64,000 nucleotides of DNA from Mizuhopecten yessoensis (Eukaryota). The DNA lies in NCBI RefSeq assembly GCF_002113885.1, contig NW_018407272.1, forward strand, positions 74,273 through 138,272, read 5' to 3'. The notes under the pieces are model-generated. The model was not told the origin of the DNA. It saw only the letters and a program-made list of their open reading frames with translations, and did not search any database. The first letter of the stretch is position 1, and each line of letters begins with the position of its first letter. This document shows, one piece after another, positions 62,738-64,000 of the stretch. Made by a program: the position numbers and the translations under genes.

Positions 62738-64000
62738 TGACGGTCACTAGATACGACATTGCATATGGTTACATTTGACGGTCACTTGATACGACATTAC
62801 ATGGTTACATTTGGTAGTCACTTGATACGACATTGCATGGTTACATTTGGTAGTCACTAGATACGGCATTGCATGGCAAAATTTGGTAGTCACTAGATAC
62901 GGCATTGCATGGTTACATTTGGTAGTCACTAGATACGACATTGCATGGTTACATTTGATGGCCACTTGATACGACATTGCATGGTTACATTTGATAGTCA
63001 CTAGATACGACATTACATGGTTACATTTGATGGGCACTTCATACGACATTGCATGGTTACATTTGACGGTCACTAGATACGACATTGCATGGTTACATTT
63101 GACGGTCACTAGATACGACTTTGCATGGTTACATTTTACGGTTACTAGACACGACATTGCATGGTTACATTTGATGGTCACTAGATGCGACACTACATGG
63201 GTACATTTGATGGTCACAAGATACGACATTGCATGGTTACATTTGACGGTCACTAGATACGACTTTGCATGGTTACATTTGATGGTCACTAGATACGACA
63301 CTACATGGGTACATTTGATGGTCACAAGATACGACATTGCATGGTTACATTTGACGGTCACTTGATACGACATTACATGGTTACATTTGATAGTCACTAG
63401 ATACGACATTGCATGGTTACATTTGCTGGCCACTTCATACGACATTGCATGGTTACATTTGACGGTCACTAGATACGACATTACATGGTTACATTTGATG
63501 GCCACTTCATACGACATTGCATGGTTACATTTGACGGTCACTAGATACGACATTGCATGGTTACATTTGATGGTCACTAGATACGACACTACATGGGTAC
63601 ATTTGATGGTCACTAGATACGACATTGCATGGTTACATTTGATAGTCACTAGATACGACATTGCATGGTTACATTTGATAGTCACTAGATACGGCATTGC
63701 ATGGTTACATTTGGTAGTCACTAGATACGACATTGCATGGTTACATTTGACGGTCACTAGATACGGCATTGCATGGTTACATTTGGTAGTCACTAGATAC
63801 GGCATTGCATGGTTACATTTGACGGTCACCAGATACGACATTACATGGTTACATTTGATAGTCACTAGATACGACATTGCATATGGTTACATTTGATGGC
63901 CACTTCATACGACATTGCATGGTTACATTTGACGGTCACTAGACACGACATTGTATGGTTACATTTGACGGTCACTAGATACGACATTACATGGTTACAT
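62738..64000. repeat. 36-bp tandem satellite (GTCACTAGATACGACATTGCATGGTTACATTTGACG), about 35 copies, continues past the window
   Basis: Period of 36 read directly; explains ORFs 62747-63896. Confidence 0.96.

Overview
Eukaryotic, AT-rich genomic DNA. The repeat families (V-domain-type SINEs, Helentron/HINE, Penelope relics) suggest a mollusc, probably a bivalve, but this is inference. Two complete spliced genes were reconstructed by hand and lie head-to-head with only 197 bp between their ATGs: sideroflexin-5 (SFXN5, - strand, 12 coding exons, 26298-45183, 325 aa) and the DEAH helicase DHX15/Prp43 (+ strand, 13 coding exons, 45381-57456, 723 aa). A third, small orphan-like gene on - (154 aa, 61124-61588) has a 5' non-coding exon and a dense CRE cluster. 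Bases 1-26 kb are gene-poor and contain TE relics, a near-intact minimal hammerhead motif and a 3.8-kb 46-bp satellite; a 36-bp satellite runs off the right end. The long repetitive ORFs in the track are satellite artefacts. The most notable observations are: (1) an 11-copy 84-bp tandem array that multiplies the SFXN5 exon-6 splice acceptor; (2) DHX15 intron 9, where the productive 3' splice site has no pyrimidine tract and sits behind a hairpin, competing with a stronger stop-introducing acceptor and a candidate 44-nt poison exon, suggesting a self-regulating splicing sensor; (3) the CRE-flanked orphan gene. There is no CRISPR array or prokaryotic system.
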